Part shown: piece after piece, positions 26,401 to 30,421 of the stretch
Position numbering within the stretch: position 1 is the stretch's first letter
Layout of the letters: each line of letters opens with the position of its first letter
Source: a virus
Taxonomy: Duplodnaviria; Caudoviricetes
DNA length: 30,421 nt
Strand: one strand, 5' to 3'
IMG/VR virus record: IMGVR_UViG_3300016472_000451
Span: 1-30,421 of that record
Made by a program: the position numbers and the translations under genes
Notes under the pieces: model-generated
Database searches by the model: none
What the model saw: the letters and a program-made list of their open reading frames with translations, nothing else
Told to the model about the DNA's origin: nothing

Positions 26401-28025
26401 CCTTGAAGGTCTAACATCTGCCAAGGCTCAGCCATACTAGCAATTTCTACTGGATCAGAAAGAGGTTGGCCATTTACCCACCAAGTAAGATCTGTCTTGG
26501 ATATAATATTACCATAGCCACCTACAATAGAATTGTTATAGGAAGAGGTGCTATAAATTCTATTATCTAAACCATTTACATTATTATTAAAATATCCATC
26601 AGTATAACCTCTAAATGCTCCCGCAGTAAAATTGCCTATACCTTTGTAAATAGTTGAATTAAGGCCTCCGGCTATAGTGTTATAGGCATTTCTAGAGAGA
26701 TAGTTTTCCCATATTAACCCACCACTAATTTGACGATTTTGAGCGAGTAGACTACCTGTAGGATAACCTATGCCAATAGAAGACGCTTTTGCGCCAAGCA
26801 TGGCATTTCCGCTTCCAAAATTAATGTTACCTACGCCATTACTTATAATTAGATCAAACCCAGAAGCTAAATTTTTTCCTCCGCCACCAATAACATTCCA
26901 TATGCCATAAAGTTGATTTCTAAATCCTCCATTTAAAACTGAAAAAGCTGAATCTACTACTCCAGATCTTCCACCAAGAATAGACGAATATTCACTAGCT
27001 CTTGACCCAGTCTGATTCTCAAATCCAAGAGATACATTAGATAGAGTAGCCCCGCCACCAACTGTTAAATTGCCTTTAACAAAAAGTCCACCTTCAACAT
27101 GTAGTTTTTCTTTGGCATTGTTTGAGAAAACCCCAATTCCAATATTTTGTTTTGGATTTAAAGCAAATGATCCACTATCAACTATAAAATTAAGTCTTCT
27201 CTCTACATCCAAAGGCTTAATTAATGCTTTAGCAAAAAAGTTTGTGCCAGGAATTTTATTTGGGAGCCATGTTCCGCTAGAGATTATAATACCTGTTGAT
27301 AGATATTGTTCTGAGTTATTCCCAATAAATCTAGTAAATGGACCGTTTGAATTACTTCCTGTAAATAAAGTCCAATACTGTGTTTGTAAATGTTTTTGTA
27401 GATCGCTTGGGCTAAAACTTAAATTTATTGCTAATCCAGTATTTGTATATGCAAATGATAACGGCGTAAAATCTGCTCCCCATTGAGGGTTAGGGCCATA
27501 GTAATAATTTGGCGCTCCTTGATCCCAGCTATTGAATTTTACTTTAAAATATTTATCCGCAGATACAACTTTTAAAACCCATGTTGTGTTAAGTATTCTA
27601 TTTAATACCTCTTCCTCTGGAAGAGAAAAATTTACTATATTTGTCCACTCGCTATAATTTCTTAGGGCTGCGGTTTCTATATTTTCCCAGCCCTCATCAT
27701 TCCAAAGTATATCTGCTGGGTTACTATCCCACTCACTTTGAGACCAAGGATTAAAAAGACCATACCATCCTCTTGCGAGTTGAGCAGTTTGAGGAGCGGT
27801 ACCTGGGAAAGTATATACTAATCTTTCCTGGGAATCATAAGGTTGAGCAAAAGTTTCAGTTGTGCCTGCCGTTAACGCAATAGCGTTAATTGGCGCATAT
27901 GATAAACTATTTGGTAAAGCTAAAGAGCTTGAGGTAACTAAATTAGGTATAACTCCAGTACCAAGTACTTCAAAATAAGAACCACTAACTAAATAATCTC
28001 CACTTAAGACATTAACATTTGGCAT
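23475..28025 (-). CDS. Large virion fibre/adhesin-like protein with beta-roll (YadA-head-like) repeats
   Basis: 1516 aa, Gly/Asn/Ser-rich, with many [ST]x[IV][IL]GxxN repeats (SSILGG, TTIIGGNN, SNIIGNSN, SIVLGNEN, TSILGSHN, TSILGNNN) and the fibre motif NIGIG...EKLHVEG. Has its own GTGTAA motif. Confidence 0.7.
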   Translation of the reverse strand: MPNVNVLSGDYLVSGSYFEVLGTGVIPNLVTSSSLALPNSLSYAPINAIALTAGTTETFAQPYDSQERLVYTFPGTAPQTAQLARGWYGLFNPWSQSEWDSNPADILWNDEGWENIETAALRNYSEWTNIVNFSLPEEEVLNRILNTTWVLKVVSADKYFKVKFNSWDQGAPNYYYGPNPQWGADFTPLSFAYTNTGLAINLSFSPSDLQKHLQTQYWTLFTGSNSNGPFTRFIGNNSEQYLSTGIIISSGTWLPNKIPGTNFFAKALIKPLDVERRLNFIVDSGSFALNPKQNIGIGVFSNNAKEKLHVEGGLFVKGNLTVGGGATLSNVSLGFENQTGSRASEYSSILGGRSGVVDSAFSVLNGGFRNQLYGIWNVIGGGGKNLASGFDLIISNGVGNINFGSGNAMLGAKASSIGIGYPTGSLLAQNRQISGGLIWENYLSRNAYNTIAGGLNSTIYKGIGNFTAGAFRGYTDGYFNNNVNGLDNRIYSTSSYNNSIVGGYGNIISKTDLTWWVNGQPLSDPVEIASMAEPWQMLDLQGGLTSEPFTPRDVLNRLNGGNNYQPRFTAGNTILNGVLNKVTNSRFNLIAYGGMNQIAYCENGDIAGNMNRVYGESWDDYGRRNWYREGDANSKDIFIRGHKNMVGIDVYAYNRLPKINPPGGGLSQYGASGVVIFGNEVSTTNNAVAVFSDSRNPFRTMKGNTFHVGHLNGISMGGLGVQLNNDACFANDLIYWMSGHAGTGAFINSYFGGEYSPSQTAPDSNGNWTTAQAIKNIETGSQLTPGTRRSYSDRLQKIMPYLTSSSLKRPNYDESPYAEGTYPKYYPENHNEYYDLSGNLIQEFRWDLTRGLGVNIGTLNSLFPAIITAAWPLASGLGSSNFGDPLIDTYQQGGIPILTGVATITPTNSIAIGHRNESLYSDIIVGYQNSRLYQKVTRYTHNQYYGDFSKLPWAKKHTYSREYTPAPSDGYTTIIGGNNSISGASTNVIGYGNNITFSKGLTNLMGMNNEIYPSDYYYPWYQNIVDPQGYIRPVIGGWNYNGWAVFHEAALGNSNIIGNSNGFRTRKGETHTINVLGNNNLGDDVTRITIVGTSNYVTGLGTKVIGSRNIVMSRESHVLGDENYIQDGLKSIVLGNENVITNVLLNQVDIYNENAPVGSQFTSYNTTNTVPGLPFNYNVTTPNDMVVIGKSNTTSELQRTSILGSHNLIEGGKLDLNGEGESSQVIGHNNYSDAKWYIQDYSILGNFNTWDGKTTNLIGSYNFLPASIDTSILGNNNYQKSGLRNSIIIGNDHYVEASDGAAVGTNVYEYNPGQISFSPMNHLKYSNTIGAGQHNASNYDLYGSARGGAAQKTILTWHGIVTGSATQEIYLDERSYSPNISSVELAMSRAKIPNNRMWNGKLYISIANRGLSYVRNITRGFYMVNQGGVINTSSLATYGTVEDQVTVGSSHGVHSSVASFSAVGDRLVLNTVGIAGQKLVYHVVAEFLDTYVPTTSEDIFGYRLAADGVTRLPVLT

Positions 28026-28036
28026 ATTTGTTATAT

Positions 28037-28042
28037 TTACAC
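28037..28042 (-). promoter_or_regulatory. Putative late promoter GTGTAA upstream of the fibre gene
   Basis: GTGTAA-ATATAACAA-AT-ATG in a 31-bp gap, with no SD sequence. Confidence 0.6.
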
Positions 28043-28056
28043 TTGTTTAGCTTATT

Positions 28057-28926
28057 TTAGCTTAAATTATTGATTATTTTTTCTTTTACGAACAAATCAT
28101 CTAGATTTAATTTACAGTTAGAAATATCTGGATAACCTACATGCCCACGAAAAAATTCAAAGTTTTTATAATATTCAAAATCATAATCTTTTGGCTCAAT
28201 ATTATGATGAATATTATATCCATATTTTTTGCAAGGAGTAAAAACCCAATATATTAAAGAAGATAAATTTAAAGCTGCTGCTGCGTGTTGCATAAAAGAA
28301 TTAACCCCTAATCTTTTATCAGAAATTTTTATTAAAAATAATATTTCACGCAGATTATTAGTCGTCACGGATGAACTATTTAAAAAACCTTTTTGAGCTT
28401 TATTATGAATATGATAAATATCATATTTTGGCGAAAAATCATTAATTACATCTTGAATAATTTCATGCGGTATATCAGTTGTCCAGTTATAATCCTTTGA
28501 ATTTGTAGCTTTTGTTTGTAAAACTAAAATTGGTCTCTCTTTTTTGTGATTTAAAATGTTTTTTGTTTCTTCTTCGCTAAAATATATCTCAGGCATCTCT
28601 TGATTGTATTCTAGACCTAAACATTCACACCACGCATGAATCCAATGCTTGTCTTGTATTAAAAATTGATGACTAGAATAAACATCTTCTGCAAGATATA
28701 TAACATCATTATCTTTAATAAAATTATAATAAATATTATTTGGTGAAAGGATCTGGTTCGGGCCTTGAACGATATGAACCAGAGGGTTGTTTTTAAATAT
28801 ATCTGGATATGTACAAAAAACTATTATTTTTCTATCACTATATTTTTTTTTAATAGCTTTTAATACTGCTGTTGCTGCTATATTTTTACCTATACCACCG
28901 GTGATAAAGAATATAACAGTTTTCAA
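28057..28926 (-). CDS. Glycosyltransferase family 9 (heptosyltransferase-like, GT-B fold)
   Basis: GGIGKNIAATAVLKAIKKKY...PDIFKNNPLV and LREILFLIKISD..LGVNSFMQHAAAALN. I prefer TTG 28926 (TTGA overlap with the upstream stop) to the track's 28959 start. Confidence 0.75.
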   Translation of the reverse strand: MKTVIFFITGGIGKNIAATAVLKAIKKKYSDRKIIVFCTYPDIFKNNPLVHIVQGPNQILSPNNIYYNFIKDNDVIYLAEDVYSSHQFLIQDKHWIHAWCECLGLEYNQEMPEIYFSEEETKNILNHKKERPILVLQTKATNSKDYNWTTDIPHEIIQDVINDFSPKYDIYHIHNKAQKGFLNSSSVTTNNLREILFLIKISDKRLGVNSFMQHAAAALNLSSLIYWVFTPCKKYGYNIHHNIEPKDYDFEYYKNFEFFRGHVGYPDISNCKLNLDDLFVKEKIINNLS

Positions 28927-29138
28927 AACTCTTCTGTTAAAATTAGAGACATTGAACAATTTGATCGAGCGAATTCGTAGATTTTTTCTCTAGGCCCAAT
29001 GATTTCTTGTTCTGTGTATTTCCTGCAAGTTTTATATTTAAAATTAATAATAAATTTTGTTTTTTCAATATTAGGAGGAAGTTCTCCTCCTATTCTAAAA
29101 TCTGATGTTATTAAATTTATAATATCTATTTCATTCAT
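28923..29138 (-). CDS. Hypothetical protein
   Basis: 71-aa ORF filling the gap between co-oriented genes. Confidence 0.55.
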   Translation of the reverse strand: MNEIDIINLITSDFRIGGELPPNIEKTKFIINFKYKTCRKYTEQEIIGPREKIYEFARSNCSMSLILTEEF

Positions 29139-29145
29139 ATATTTA

Positions 29146-30201
29146 TTATACTAAAGCAAATCCAGAAGCTCTATTAAATGTTAATATTGTGTCTCGGATT
29201 CTTCCAATATTAGACCCTCCTGGGCCAGGGTTATAAGCAGCAAAATAAAATTTATATCCAATATATTGATTTTCTACTTGTTGAACAAAAGAAGTATCGG
29301 TATAGACTCTTGCTGTGGCCCCAGGAAAATTACCCACCCCTCCAAAATCTTGTAGACCACTAACAGTGGTTTCAATAAATGATCCAGGATTAAATAGATC
29401 TGGTTTTACTTGTCTGACAAGACAATGTAAGCCGTCATTTAATAAATTATCAGCTAAAACATATGCGCTAATATAATATTCTCCAGTACCGAAAGACTGA
29501 AAAGGATTAAAAATTCTTATGCCGTCTGGATATCTTCCTTCTGCAGTATTTCCTGCAGGATTTAAAGGATAAAAACCATGATAGCTAGCTAAAAATTCTG
29601 GAGAAACATTTAAAGGAGCGAATTCTACTCCTGGTTGATAATTTGAATCTGAAAAATATGCATCTCTAAATCTATTTAATACTAGTGGCCCGAAACTTTT
29701 TGCGCCTATAGGATTTAAAAGTTGTTCAACTCCAATAATATTTTTAATTGTATGAGAATGATGGCGATATTCATTAACCGAATCTGGAGCAATAATCGAC
29801 CATTCAAAAAAGTCTGTACCATTGGAATAGCCAATATACTTTGCTTTAAATTTTTTACTTTCTCCTGGCGGTATAGTAGTAAAGACATATGGCGCAGAAT
29901 ATGTTGGAATACCACCAACTTGAATAATTGCCTGATTTAAAACTCCAATAGAACGTGTTCCATTAGAATTATAAACTATTAATTCATTATTTAAATCCAT
30001 ATGATTTATTCCACCAAAAATAGTCATTTGCGTTCCTACGTAAGTGTTTCCAGCGTCAGTTAAATTGATTTCTGGTTGACTAATGCTAGTTCCGCCACCA
30101 TAACCAGGATCTATTTGATAAGAATAGTGACTATCAATATTATTTGCCCAAACTCCTTTCCATCCAGATCTTAAATAAAAATTATTATTTTTATATATTA
30201 T
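29146..30201 (-). CDS. Hypothetical, probably structural, protein with 5' end missing
   Basis: The track gives 29146-30027, but the frame stays open with protein-like sequence upstream (LRSGWKGVWANNIDSHYSYQIDPGYGGGTSISQPEINLTDAGNTYVGTQ) until a TAA at 30202-30204 inside the AT-only tail. Confidence 0.65.
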   Translation of the reverse strand: MIYKNNNFYLRSGWKGVWANNIDSHYSYQIDPGYGGGTSISQPEINLTDAGNTYVGTQMTIFGGINHMDLNNELIVYNSNGTRSIGVLNQAIIQVGGIPTYSAPYVFTTIPPGESKKFKAKYIGYSNGTDFFEWSIIAPDSVNEYRHHSHTIKNIIGVEQLLNPIGAKSFGPLVLNRFRDAYFSDSNYQPGVEFAPLNVSPEFLASYHGFYPLNPAGNTAEGRYPDGIRIFNPFQSFGTGEYYISAYVLADNLLNDGLHCLVRQVKPDLFNPGSFIETTVSGLQDFGGVGNFPGATARVYTDTSFVQQVENQYIGYKFYFAAYNPGPGGSNIGRIRDTILTFNRASGFALV

Positions 30202-30421
30202 TTATTATATTTTTATTATTATAATTTTTAATTCAACAATATATATTAAATAATAATAGATAAATATTTAAATTAGAAAAGTAATTAAATAAAATTTATA
30301 AAAAATAAATTATAAATAAATAAATTTTTATTTTTATTTTAAATGAATCATGTATAAAAAAAAAACTAAAATAAATACAAAAAAGAAAACTTTTATTCAA
30401 ATAAACACATAAATAAAAAGT
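30171..30421. other. Extremely AT-rich low-complexity terminal segment
   Basis: I count 16 G/C in 251 nt (about 6%), starting abruptly inside a coding frame. Confidence 0.85.

Noticed and set aside
7443-29940. Short antisense or nested ORFs in the track (e.g. 7443-7745, 10856-11131, 16721-17134, 20266-20496, 27070-27486, 29715-29918)
   Set aside because: They overlap well-supported long genes and show no recognisable motifs or RBS.
1-30201. Stop-codon reassignment (no called gene ends in TAG)
   Set aside because: Genes tile fully under the standard code with no fragmented ORFs, and absence of TAG in about 23 AT-rich genes is plausible by chance.
1-30421. CRISPR array, tRNA, intron/intein, DGR or integrase
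   Set aside because: I saw no spaced direct repeats, cloverleafs, intein termini, reverse transcriptase, TR/VR pair or recombinase by eye. A small structured RNA could have been missed, but there is little intergenic space.
30171-30421. Replication origin or genome terminus
   Set aside because: No iterons or ordered repeats, and it truncates a gene at the window edge, so an artefact is more likely.

Overview
AT-rich, tightly packed fragment of a large tailed-phage (siphovirus-like) genome carrying most of the neck and tail morphogenesis module. The minus strand encodes, right to left, an N-truncated putative structural gene, a small ORF, a GT9-like glycosyltransferase, a 1516-aa beta-repeat fibre, four putative head-tail joining genes, the major tail tube protein, two small ORFs, two putative tail chaperones and a 2356-aa tape measure protein (TMP). 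The lambda-like tail tip genes (M, L, K, I, J) lie on the plus strand and converge on the TMP. A tube-protein paralog is transcribed divergently from M. The most notable signals are: (1) the TMP looks like a modular polyprotein, with repeated GF(I/V)PNFA motifs bracketing a PD-(D/E)XK nuclease-like segment and three copies of the lambda gpH-type C-terminal FAxGG/GEYVI module; (2) a GTGTAA-N9-A motif precedes six structural gene starts and predicts leaderless or near-leaderless late mRNAs; (3) an internally duplicated (T5 pb6-like) tube protein and its paralog are combined with lambda-type tip genes; (4) M, L and J carry glycan-binding-like insertions; (5) an atypical GT9 sits next to the fibre gene. 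The last ~250 bp are about 6% GC and probably artefactual. All family assignments come from motif recognition by eye and from gene order; no database searches were run.
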